A DNA stretch of 64,000 nucleotides from Verrucomicrobiota bacterium. GTDB taxonomy: Bacteria; Verrucomicrobiota; Verrucomicrobiia; Opitutales; Coraliomargaritaceae. Below are positions 27,597 through 35,831 of the stretch, one piece after another. Every line of letters begins with the position of its first letter. Positions within the stretch are counted from its first letter, which is position 1. The notes beneath the pieces are model-generated. The model did not search any database. It was not told where the DNA came from and worked only from the letters and a program-made list of their open reading frames with translations. The position numbers and the translations under genes were made by a program. Location: positions 128,001 to 192,000 of the forward strand of contig JBCBZJ010000004.1 in the NCBI GenBank assembly GCA_039815375.1, in the 5' to 3' direction.

Positions 27597-28682
27597 TCAA
27601 CTGTAGTATTGCCACCACTTCGTGTAAGACGAGACTGAATCCGCTAAGTTTTCAACCGTTTGTCCAAAAATTCCAGAAACCGCTTCATAATCCGGTTCAG
27701 CCTCAAGCAAAAGGACAAGCGCACGCTGCAGTGCACCCCTAGGGTAATCCGTATTCGGATGCAGGCAGCCGCCCCGTTTGAGCCGATCACGGAGACTTAG
27801 AAGTAGATTTCGAAGCGCCGGGGAGTCGGTGAAAAGTTTACCAGAATAGGTCGCATACGCCTGGGGCCTATTGAAGTTTGCTTTGAGGCGAGCTGACTCA
27901 ACCTCCAGGAAACAGCGCCGCCAGAGATTGGTCAATTCCGCCTGAGTCGCCCGGAGCTCTTCGATCGGTGGTGTGGCAGTCGGCCGAAGCTTGAAGGAAA
28001 CGCCAATTTCATGTAGCTCGGCAATACGCGGGTCGATATCAGTCTGCTCACGAAGCGCTAACTGACGCTCGCGGACATAGGCACGATACTTCCCACGAAT
28101 GGTCAGCAGAGCATCGCCGAGAGCGAGCTTCGCTTTGGCCTGATTGCGATGCACCACACTGAGGTCAACGTTAGCCTCAAGATCGGCCCGCGCAAAAAGC
28201 AGTCCGGAGCCTCGATTCCAGAGTAGACGTGTTGCTTCGATCAGCTCGATCGTATCCGGCTTTGCCATGACTTTGTAGTCATCGAAAAAATTCTTGGGGC
28301 CGGAGACAATCGTCTGCGCTGCAACCAGATCATAGAACATCATCGAACCAGGCGTTTGGCTGAGGTCCGACCGGGGAAGGCATTTGCCCTCCACATCGAT
28401 TCCCATGATCTTGCTCTCCTCACGCTCCCACTCGCGTAGGGCATAAATGATTTCAGGGTCTTCGGGTAAATCCGTGAAGATGAAGTAATCCAGATCATTG
28501 AAGAAGCAGGGTGATCCATCGGGAGCTGTCGCGATACCGCCCTCACCTCGTCCATAGCCGCCACCAAGCACAATAGCCTGTGGCGCTTTTGAGCCGAGAT
28601 TATCAAAGTGAGCGATGGTGCGCTCGAAGTGAGCCCTCAATTGCGCATCTAAATCTGATGGCAATGGCACCGGCTCAAACAT
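27597..28682 (-). CDS. Hypothetical protein with Pol-beta-type nucleotidyltransferase motif
   Basis: VLGGGYGRGEG followed by NDLD (DxD) and a later DVE; helical C-terminal half. Confidence 0.65.
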   Translation of the reverse strand: MFEPVPLPSDLDAQLRAHFERTIAHFDNLGSKAPQAIVLGGGYGRGEGGIATAPDGSPCFFNDLDYFIFTDLPEDPEIIYALREWEREESKIMGIDVEGKCLPRSDLSQTPGSMMFYDLVAAQTIVSGPKNFFDDYKVMAKPDTIELIEATRLLWNRGSGLLFARADLEANVDLSVVHRNQAKAKLALGDALLTIRGKYRAYVRERQLALREQTDIDPRIAELHEIGVSFKLRPTATPPIEELRATQAELTNLWRRCFLEVESARLKANFNRPQAYATYSGKLFTDSPALRNLLLSLRDRLKRGGCLHPNTDYPRGALQRALVLLLEAEPDYEAVSGIFGQTVENLADSVSSYTKWWQYYS

Positions 28683-28697
28683 GGGACTGTTTTTTGT

Positions 28698-28997
28698 TTA
28701 GTCCGCTTCGATTTCAAATACACGGTGCAATCTGAGAAGCTCAAGAACACTCAAAACCGTGGCCGTGGGCTTTCGCAGAATCACCTGCCGATTCATTTGC
28801 TTATAAAAGCTGAGCAATGCACCGATACCGGAACTGTCGATAAAATTGACCGACTCCATGTTCAGCACAACCATGTCCATTCCTTGCAAGTCCAGATCCT
28901 TTAGTTCTGCCTTTGCCTCAGTCGCGTTTGAGGCATCAAGTGAATCAACGCCGATCACAACCTCGAGCATTCCTTCTTCTAGCTTTGAAGATAACAT
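28698..28997 (-). CDS. STAS domain anti-sigma-factor antagonist (SpoIIAA/RsbV/SypA-like)
   Basis: LDASNA, LNMESVNFIDSSGIGAL, with the phospho-acceptor Ser conserved. Confidence 0.92.
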   Translation of the reverse strand: MLSSKLEEGMLEVVIGVDSLDASNATEAKAELKDLDLQGMDMVVLNMESVNFIDSSGIGALLSFYKQMNRQVILRKPTATVLSVLELLRLHRVFEIEAD

Positions 28998-29092
28998 AAT
29001 CGTGGCTAATTATGTATGCGTATAAGCACTACACTGCAACCTCAAATTCTAACGGGAATATCACAAAGCAGGACGAAGAGCCTCTGTAATCT

Positions 29093-29108
29093 CGAAATTC
29101 TCATGCCA
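29093..29108 (-). promoter_or_regulatory. Candidate sigma54 (-24/-12) promoter for the minus-strand EPS operon
   Basis: Minus strand reads TGGCATG-AGAA-TTTCG versus consensus TGGCACG-N4-TTGCW; the conserved -12 G is mismatched. Confidence 0.3.
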
Positions 29109-29175
29109 TGAATCGAGCAAATCGATACTAATTTCACCGGTTGACAAGGAGCCGTCAGCCACTTCTAACTACAAG

Positions 29176-29275
29176 CCTTCCTTAGGGGCGACCTTTATGG
29201 TCTGAGATGATTTCAAGCTTTGCGCGAAACGGTCCCTCTGAACCTGATCCGGTTGATACCGGCGTAGGGAAAGGA
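29176..29275 (+). ncRNA. TPP riboswitch
   Basis: TAGGGG...CTGAGA...CCCTCTGAACCTGATCCGGTTGATACCGGCGTAGGGA, the canonical THI-box; a TTGACA hexamer lies at 29141. Confidence 0.93.
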
Positions 29276-29345
29276 ACGAAGGGCCATTGGTCCTTCCCTT
29301 TCGTCGCCAAAACCGGATCTCAACAACAGTCATTGAGATCCAAAT

Positions 29346-31484
29346 ATGAAACACATCAATAGCACACTCGTGCTCTCCGCTGCGCTGGTCGCCAGTCTAT
29401 CCGCGCAAAACAACAACGAGCTTCCGGTTTATGAGCTTTCACCCGTCATCGTCACAGGCGACATATGGGAATCTGAACTGCAAAAGACCACTGCGAGCGT
29501 CAGCGTGCTCGGCGAGGAAACCCTCAAGAGCAACGGCACACAGCACTTTGAAGACGTCATCAATTCGATCCCAAATGTCACATGGACGGGCGGCACCTCA
29601 CGCCCCCGCTACATCCAGATCCGTGGCATTGGGGAAAACTCCCAGTTCGAGGGTGAAACTCCCGACAGCACAGTGCGCTTTTTAATTGATGAGTTCGATC
29701 TCACTGGTGTCGGCACAGTCGGAAACCTCTTCGATGTGCAACAGGTCGAAGTGCTTCGTGGTCCCCAGGCCGGTGCCTTCGGTGCCAATGCAGCCGGTGG
29801 CGTGGTCCAGATCGTAAGCAACGGACCAACCGCCTACTGGACCGGCCAAGCGGAAGCAACCCTAGGCAACGACGACCTTTTTGCATTTGGTCTGGCCTTC
29901 GGCGGCCCACTTATTGAAAGCGATCCGGAACAGCTTACCTTTCGCTTCTCGATCAATAGCCTTAACCAGGACGGCTTTCGCGAGAACCAGTTCTTCGGTA
30001 TCGACGATAGCAACGAACGGGACGAACTGACCAGCCGCCTCAAAGTCCGCTGGAAACCAAACGAGCTCTGGCAAATCGAAGGGGGCCTGCTCTATGCTGA
30101 CGCAGACAACGGCTACGATGAATTCACCCTCTCGAATGAGCAGACTAAGACCTTCTCGGATTTTCCCGGCCGCGACGAACAGGAGACCGCCGGCCTAAGC
30201 CTCAAAGCCAGCTACCTCGGACTCGATGACGTAGAAATTACCCATACGTCGACCTACATCGAGACGGACAGTTTCTACAGCTTTGACGGTGACTGGAGTA
30301 ACCCGACGCTCACGCTAAACGTTGATTACTTCTACGACGGGTTTCTCGAACTCGAGCGCGATCGCGAGGTCTTCACTCAAGAACTACGCTTCGACTCATC
30401 GGCGACGGAAGACGCGCTCGGCTTCATTGATCGATGGACACTGGGTGCTTATTACCAGTCCTTCGAAGAATCCACGGCGACGACAGGATTCGGCGACTTT
30501 GCTACCGAATATGAAAGCGAAACACTGAGTTTCTACGGTCAGGGCACTCACCTGATTAGCGAAACGACCCGGATCATTTTAGGGCTTCGCGCCGAATACT
30601 ATGATCTTGAAACGGAAATGGACTTTCGCCCTGATGTTGACTTTGACGATTGGCTCTTCGGCGCGAAGCTCACGCTCGAGCACGATCTAAGCAAGGATCA
30701 AACCGTATTCGCGTCGATCACACGCGGCTACAAAGCAGGCGGGGCCAATGTATATCCATTTCTGGAAGTGCCTCCATTTCCCGAAGAATACGACACAGAG
30801 AACCTCTGGAACTACGAGCTGGGCCTTCGCTCCGCCTGGCTCGATGGAAAACTCAGATCCAGCATCACTCTTTTCGTCCTGGATCGTGACCAGGCTCAAC
30901 TTCGCGACTCCGAGGGAGAAGGTATTGGATTCACTTATTTCACGACCAACGGCGAAGGCGCAATCCACTACGGTCTGGAAGCCGAGGCAACTTACTATAT
31001 CGATGAGAACTGGTCGATCACAACAACCCTGGGTTTGCTTGAAACGGAACGCGACAGCTACTTGATCGACGTCTTCGATGAAGACTTGGACCCAGGCCTC
31101 GACCCTGACAACGACAATGACATCGTTCAGGAATTCATCGACGAGCGCGACTTGGCCAACGCACCCAGCTACACGTACAGTGCCCGGATCGACTACCTCC
31201 CAGCCGATGGCTTCTTCGCAAGCGCAGAGATCGTCGCCAGCGACGATTACTTCGAATCCAATAGCCACAATGAGAAACGCGACGCCTACACCGTCGTGAA
31301 TGCTTCGATCGGTTATCGCTATGAAAATTGGACTGTCACACTCTGGAGCAAGAACCTCTTCGATGAGGAATATGCCGAACGGGTATTCTTCTTCAATAAT
31401 ACCGACTTTGTAAGCCCGCCGAGTCGCTTCGAAGCACCGGCTGCTCCGCAAACATTTGGCATAACTGCCAACTATAGCTGGTAG
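29346..31484 (+). CDS. TonB-dependent receptor, probably for thiamine or a thiamine precursor
   Basis: Signal peptide, TonB box (PVIVTG), plug IRGIG...EVLRGPQ...GG, terminal aromatic YSW; downstream of the TPP riboswitch. Confidence 0.92.
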   Translation: MKHINSTLVLSAALVASLSAQNNNELPVYELSPVIVTGDIWESELQKTTASVSVLGEETLKSNGTQHFEDVINSIPNVTWTGGTSRPRYIQIRGIGENSQFEGETPDSTVRFLIDEFDLTGVGTVGNLFDVQQVEVLRGPQAGAFGANAAGGVVQIVSNGPTAYWTGQAEATLGNDDLFAFGLAFGGPLIESDPEQLTFRFSINSLNQDGFRENQFFGIDDSNERDELTSRLKVRWKPNELWQIEGGLLYADADNGYDEFTLSNEQTKTFSDFPGRDEQETAGLSLKASYLGLDDVEITHTSTYIETDSFYSFDGDWSNPTLTLNVDYFYDGFLELERDREVFTQELRFDSSATEDALGFIDRWTLGAYYQSFEESTATTGFGDFATEYESETLSFYGQGTHLISETTRIILGLRAEYYDLETEMDFRPDVDFDDWLFGAKLTLEHDLSKDQTVFASITRGYKAGGANVYPFLEVPPFPEEYDTENLWNYELGLRSAWLDGKLRSSITLFVLDRDQAQLRDSEGEGIGFTYFTTNGEGAIHYGLEAEATYYIDENWSITTTLGLLETERDSYLIDVFDEDLDPGLDPDNDNDIVQEFIDERDLANAPSYTYSARIDYLPADGFFASAEIVASDDYFESNSHNEKRDAYTVVNASIGYRYENWTVTLWSKNLFDEEYAERVFFFNNTDFVSPPSRFEAPAAPQTFGITANYSW

Positions 31485-31487
31485 CTC

Positions 31488-31521
31488 AAAAAAAGAGCGG
31501 AGGCACCCCTGCCTCCGCTCT
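31488..31521 (-). terminator. Rho-independent terminator of the hsp20 operon (possibly bidirectional)
   Basis: GAGCGGAGGCA-cccc-TGCCTCCGCTC stem preceded by A7, which is a U-tract on the minus strand. Confidence 0.85.
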
Positions 31522-31554
31522 ACCTACTTACTTAACTAACCTAACAAATCGTTC

Positions 31555-31938
31555 TTAACTGACCTTGATTTTACGCAACTTGGCTGCATCCGCCTTGGGC
31601 AAAGTCAGCTCGAGAACACCGTTCTCGACGCGGGCTTTTATCTTTGCCTCGTTCACCTCAACGTTAAGACGCAGGCTGAGACGGTAATCACCCGCAGGCA
31701 GTTCCCGACGCAGGGCTTGCCAACCATTGTCGGCTACCCCGGTTCGGGTGCCGGTAATCTGGAGCGTATCATCTTCGACCGAAATATCGACTCCATCGCG
31801 GCTCACACCTGGCAGGCTGACCTCCAGGTTAAAGGCATCGGCATTTTCACTGACGTCGTAGGCGGGGCGCCGCCAAGTGCGGGGGGCGGCTTGGGCCACC
31901 GTGTTGCTGTTACAATTATCGGAAGCTGTGCTATTCAT
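31555..31938 (-). CDS. Hsp20/alpha-crystallin small heat shock protein
   Basis: PAYDVSE, LPGV, ARVENGVLELTLPK. Confidence 0.92.
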   Translation of the reverse strand: MNSTASDNCNSNTVAQAAPRTWRRPAYDVSENADAFNLEVSLPGVSRDGVDISVEDDTLQITGTRTGVADNGWQALRRELPAGDYRLSLRLNVEVNEAKIKARVENGVLELTLPKADAAKLRKIKVS

Positions 31939-31977
31939 CTGTAATTTCCTTTCTTTTCTGGTTTTGTTTAAATCGTA

Positions 31978-32403
31978 TTAGTCGACCGTGATTTGACGTG
32001 GCTTACTGCCTTCTACTTTAGGCAGGGTTACGGTAAGCAGCCCGTCTTTTAGTTCCGCGCTGACCTTGGCGCTGTTCACATCATCAGGCACTGAAATCGA
32101 GCGCCTGAAGCTGGAACAGGTCTCCAATACTTCGGATTTTTCGTTCTTCACACTGCTGATTGCCAGGACTGCGTTCTCCAACTCGAGCTCGAGCTCATCC
32201 TTCTTAAAGCCCGGCAGCTCAAGGCGAGCGTAGTAATTGTGCTCGTCCTCATAGAGGTCGGCAGCAGCCTGAACGTAAGCGGGCGGATTCGAGAACAGAT
32301 CGTCGAAGATCGAACCAAAGCGGCCGAATGCAGGGCTGCCAAAGTCAAATAAACGATCAAGGGCAGTTGAAGCCTGTGGGTATTGATAACGTATGAGTTT
32401 CAT
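31978..32403 (-). CDS. Hsp20/alpha-crystallin small heat shock protein
   Basis: ADLYE, ELPG, SFRRSI, AELKDGLLTVTLPK. Confidence 0.92.
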   Translation of the reverse strand: MKLIRYQYPQASTALDRLFDFGSPAFGRFGSIFDDLFSNPPAYVQAAADLYEDEHNYYARLELPGFKKDELELELENAVLAISSVKNEKSEVLETCSSFRRSISVPDDVNSAKVSAELKDGLLTVTLPKVEGSKPRQITVD

Positions 32404-32442
32404 GATGTTTCCTTTCTTTTATGGTTGTTTACCACCTCGGAA

Positions 32443-32458
32443 TGCAGCCTTAGTGCCA
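32443..32458 (-). promoter_or_regulatory. Sigma54 (-24/-12) promoter of the hsp20 operon
   Basis: Minus strand TGGCACTAAGGCTGCA with exact GG-N10-GC spacing, 40 bp upstream of the start codon. Confidence 0.7.
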
Positions 32459-32522
32459 GAATCCAGAAGAACCTTATCCTATTGACGCACAGTGCTATAG
32501 GAAATTAGGCTAAGCTACATAA

Positions 32523-32588
32523 TGAGACATTTAGGCGCAGTTTATGCGCCACAACAACACAGGCGCATCAAAGCGTCACAATGTCTCA
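32523..32588. promoter_or_regulatory. Candidate upstream activator sequences for an enhancer-binding protein
   Basis: TGAGAC-N5-GGCGCA (32523-39), TGCGCC-N11-GGCGCA (32545-67), AGCGTC-N5-GTCTCA (32572-88). Confidence 0.5.
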
Positions 32589-32589
32589 A

Positions 32590-33543
32590 CTAAGCAAACT
32601 GCTCGAGGATGTATTCCTTCGAGGCAACTACTTCTTGCGATGTAAGCGAAGGACTAAGCTCAAGAACGAGGGTATGCTCCGGCCTCACATGCCGGGCAAT
32701 CATCTTGAAATCGATTGTGCCGGTCCCGGGCACCCGATGGTCTTTTCCGGACTCACTCACATCATGAAGGTGGAAGCCGACCAGGCGTGGCGCCATCTTC
32801 TCAAGATGCTCCGTGTGATCAAGCAACCCATACTGGTGTTTGATCTGGGCATGCCCGGTATCATGCCAATAACCAATCGGCGCGTCTTCGTCATACTCCC
32901 CAAGGAAATCTGAAAACCCGCCATCAAGTGGCAGCTCTTCAAAACCCTCTCGATTCTCAATTCCAAGAACCAGACCGCGTTCACGCACCTCTGGAAGCAG
33001 GCTCTTGTAATTTTCATGAACACGCTTGAGCCAAGGAGCTGCTGAAGCAGAGACACGTTTGATACCTCGGTCGCAGCGCTTGCGGAAGGTTTTGCTATCA
33101 GCAAACTCATCCGCCTTCAGTCCAGACTTTTCGATCCATCGATCCAAGCGTGCCTCCGGCGACCAGAAGAAAAAGTGCACGCTCCCCGAGTGCATCACCA
33201 CCCGACTGGCCCCAACCTTGGACGCGAAGTCCAGAGTCTGCATTGAGTAGCGGTGCCAGAGGTTAAGCTCACGGGAATCCACCGAAGATGGCTCGTAAAG
33301 ATTCGGAGCTGCATGCTGAACGCTATTCGGCAGCGGACAGAAGTTGTGAACAGAGGAAATCTCAACAATACCCTCCTCGACCGCCTTCAGAATACCAGGC
33401 ACCAACGAAATACGGATACCGTGACTCAGCTCAATGCGCTTGAAACCAAGCGCAAGTATCTCCTCAACCATTTCATAACCGTCCTTATGCCGAGAGGAGC
33501 ACCAGCAGGAGGAGAGTGAAAGGCGATCAGTCAGGTCAGGCAT
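32590..33543 (-). CDS. Sugar phosphate isomerase/epimerase (xylose isomerase-like TIM barrel)
   Basis: SSVH, VVMH, LGIEN, HDTGHA, HLHD, DHRVPGTG, LVLE; start ATG 33543. Confidence 0.85.
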   Translation of the reverse strand: MPDLTDRLSLSSCWCSSRHKDGYEMVEEILALGFKRIELSHGIRISLVPGILKAVEEGIVEISSVHNFCPLPNSVQHAAPNLYEPSSVDSRELNLWHRYSMQTLDFASKVGASRVVMHSGSVHFFFWSPEARLDRWIEKSGLKADEFADSKTFRKRCDRGIKRVSASAAPWLKRVHENYKSLLPEVRERGLVLGIENREGFEELPLDGGFSDFLGEYDEDAPIGYWHDTGHAQIKHQYGLLDHTEHLEKMAPRLVGFHLHDVSESGKDHRVPGTGTIDFKMIARHVRPEHTLVLELSPSLTSQEVVASKEYILEQFA

Positions 33544-33550
33544 ATGAAAC

Positions 33551-33583
33551 AAAAATCCCGGCTCAGACAAATACGGGCCGGGA
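33551..33583 (-). terminator. Rho-independent terminator after rpsU
   Basis: Minus strand TCCCGGCCC...GAGCCGGGA followed by TTTTT. Confidence 0.7.
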
Positions 33584-33629
33584 CTCTGGGAGAAGTAGGT
33601 GCCAAAGCACCACTCAAATCAACTCAACA

Positions 33630-33830
33630 CTACATGTTCGAATAACGAACGCGAAGCATATTGTTAAAATCAAGCTCCTTCTTCTTGCGGCGCTTGGCCT
33701 GCGAAGGCTTTTCGAAATAGCGCTTGGCACGCACATCACGAATCACTCCTTCACGGTCGAGGCGCTTCTTAAGGCGGCGGAGCGCACGTTCCATGGGCTC
33801 GCCTTTGCGGACTTTAACATCAAGTGACAT
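33630..33830 (-). CDS. rpsU: 30S ribosomal protein S21
   Basis: VKVRKGEPMERALRRLKK...YFEKPS. Confidence 0.96.
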   Translation of the reverse strand: MSLDVKVRKGEPMERALRRLKKRLDREGVIRDVRAKRYFEKPSQAKRRKKKELDFNNMLRVRYSNM

Positions 33831-33923
33831 AAGAAAAGATAAGTTCTAAAGTTAAAAAAGAGTTGGGAAAATGCCGCCTGTCATCGTGCCGTCAACCCTT
33901 ATTTGAAGGCAAAATCACTGCTA

Positions 33924-34622
33924 TCAATCGTAATCCCGGGCGCCGTAGAGCGCCGTCCCGACTCGAATTTGAGTCGAACCTGCGGCGATCGCAATTTCGA
34001 GATCACCAGTCATCCCCATCGAGAGCTCGGACAATGGAACGCCAAACTTTGCGGCAAGGCGGTCACGCAAATCCCGCAAACTCTCGAAAGCCGCCTTGGC
34101 CACATCCGGATCATCATCGAGGGGGGCAATCGTCATTAGCCCATCGAGCCGTAGGTGCGATGCCTGAAGGGCATTCTCCACCGCTACGTCCATCGCATCT
34201 ACAGGAAAGCCATATTTATTCGGATCCTTGCCGGTATTACACTGGATCAGAATAGGCAGAACCTTGTCGGCTTCCTCGGAGAAGCGTTGCAGCCGGTTCA
34301 GGATTTTGGCCGAATCGACCGATTGAATACGGTCGAAGTTATCCACTGCGAGCTTGGCTTTATTCGACTGCAAATGCCCGATTAGCTCCCAACGCACGCC
34401 ATCGGCGTATGAGCAGCGCTTATCAGCAGCTTCCTGCACCCGATTTTCGCCTACCGCAGGCAATCCGGAACGGACTGCATATTCAACTGCATCAACGGGG
34501 TGGTTCTTCGTCACTGGAAGCAGGGAAATCTCATCCAAATCGCGTGAAGACTGGTGACTGGCCGCTCTGATCCTGGCCATCACCTTGGTAAGATTTTCTG
34601 AAAACTGGTCGTATGAAATCAT
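33924..34622 (-). CDS. yggS: PLP homeostasis protein YggS/PROSC
   Basis: PVTK, GENRVQE, IGHLQSNK, LSMGM, IRVGTALYG. Confidence 0.95.
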   Translation of the reverse strand: MISYDQFSENLTKVMARIRAASHQSSRDLDEISLLPVTKNHPVDAVEYAVRSGLPAVGENRVQEAADKRCSYADGVRWELIGHLQSNKAKLAVDNFDRIQSVDSAKILNRLQRFSEEADKVLPILIQCNTGKDPNKYGFPVDAMDVAVENALQASHLRLDGLMTIAPLDDDPDVAKAAFESLRDLRDRLAAKFGVPLSELSMGMTGDLEIAIAAGSTQIRVGTALYGARDYD

Positions 34623-34717
34623 CCTTATTAAGCAAAACTGTTAGGTTCTAAAACAAATGATAAGATTTACTTTTAAATATATTGCAATCCGATTAGCTTT
34701 GGTTATACAAATGTCTC

Positions 34718-35620
34718 ATGCACGTCGAAAACTTCAAAATCTTTTCCGATCTCGTCGAGAGCGAAAGCTTTTCCCGCGCCGCTAAATTAAATGGAATCAC
34801 CCAGTCTGCAGTCAGCCAGCAGCTAAGGGCAATGGAGAAGCATTTCAACATTCTCATCGTTGATCGCAGCCAGAAGCAATTTCGCCTCACGCGCGAGGGT
34901 CAAAAGCTCTACGAATCTGCCAAAGAGATGCTTTATCTTTACGACAAGCTCAACAGCGAGCTACAGGAAATGAAAAAGGTCATCAGCGGCACGATCCACA
35001 TTTCCACCGTTTACAGTATCGGCCTGCACGAGCTTCCTCCATACGTGAAAGCATTCCTTACGAAATACCCCGAGGTAAACATCCGGGTGGAGTATCGCCG
35101 GGCCAACAATGTCTATGAAGACATCCTGACAAATTCGATCGACCTCGGACTCGTCGCTTACCCACAAAAGCACAAACAGCTCGAAGTTCTACCCTTCCAC
35201 GACGATATCCTAATCCTCGTCGTCAGCCCGGATCACCCTCTGGCAAAGAAAAAGACCGTTGAGCTGGACGAGATCGCGGGTCAGAAATTTGTTGGTTTTG
35301 AGCCGGACATCCCCACTCGAAAAGCGACCGACGCGCTATTTCGCGAAGCCAATTTCGACATCGAGCCAGTCATGGAATTCGACAATGTTGAAACGGTCAA
35401 ACGCGCCGTCGAAATCAATGCCGGTATCGCAATTTTGCCTCAGACCACAGTTACTCGCGAAGAAGCGCAGGGATTGCTAAAGGTCCTGAAGTTTAAGAAC
35501 AAGGTCTACAAGCGACCACTTGCTCTGATTCACCGAAAGGGCCGCGTCTTAACACCGGCTATGAAAAAGCTGATCGACCTGCTGACTTCGAAGGACCTCA
35601 ACGCCTTCGAGGGTCAGTAG
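34718..35620 (+). CDS. LysR family transcriptional regulator
   Basis: SFSRAAKLNGITQSAVSQQLRAME HTH plus substrate-binding domain. Confidence 0.95.
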   Translation: MHVENFKIFSDLVESESFSRAAKLNGITQSAVSQQLRAMEKHFNILIVDRSQKQFRLTREGQKLYESAKEMLYLYDKLNSELQEMKKVISGTIHISTVYSIGLHELPPYVKAFLTKYPEVNIRVEYRRANNVYEDILTNSIDLGLVAYPQKHKQLEVLPFHDDILILVVSPDHPLAKKKTVELDEIAGQKFVGFEPDIPTRKATDALFREANFDIEPVMEFDNVETVKRAVEINAGIAILPQTTVTREEAQGLLKVLKFKNKVYKRPLALIHRKGRVLTPAMKKLIDLLTSKDLNAFEGQ

Positions 35621-35625
35621 TAAAG

Positions 35626-35749
35626 AGAGCTGGCCGTCTAACCGCTGGTGGATCTACAGATTCACTACCCTGACCGAATCAATAGGACCCGCAAGCGCTT
35701 CGGCGGCAGCCGGGCTTCTCTCAGGCGGTCGGCAGCGACGGATCCGCTC
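35626..35749. other. Structured intergenic element (candidate ncRNA, unassigned)
   Basis: GAGC..CCGTC.AACCGC pairs with GCGGTC..GACGG..GCTC; internal stems GTGGATC/GATTCAC, CCTGA/TCAGG, CCGAA/TTCGG. Confidence 0.3.
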
Positions 35750-35831
35750 AATTGATCGAAGCATTTTTCCATTGCTACGCTTGCAGTGCAGCAAGCGGAA
35801 CATTTACTCCGCCCTTACTGACAATTTCTTC

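Noticed and set aside
34655..34685. LysR T-N11-A box in the yggS/LysR divergent region
   Set aside because: ATAAG-N5-CTTTT is imperfect at the key position in an AT-rich background
35690..35745. Glycine riboswitch (CTCTCAGG) or ZTP riboswitch (GCCGACCGCCTG on minus) fragments
   Set aside because: The other required conserved elements are missing or on the wrong strand, and downstream genes do not fit
35626..35749. 6S or SRP RNA assignment
   Set aside because: Too short for 6S and lacks the SRP domain IV CAGG..GNRA..AGCAG motif
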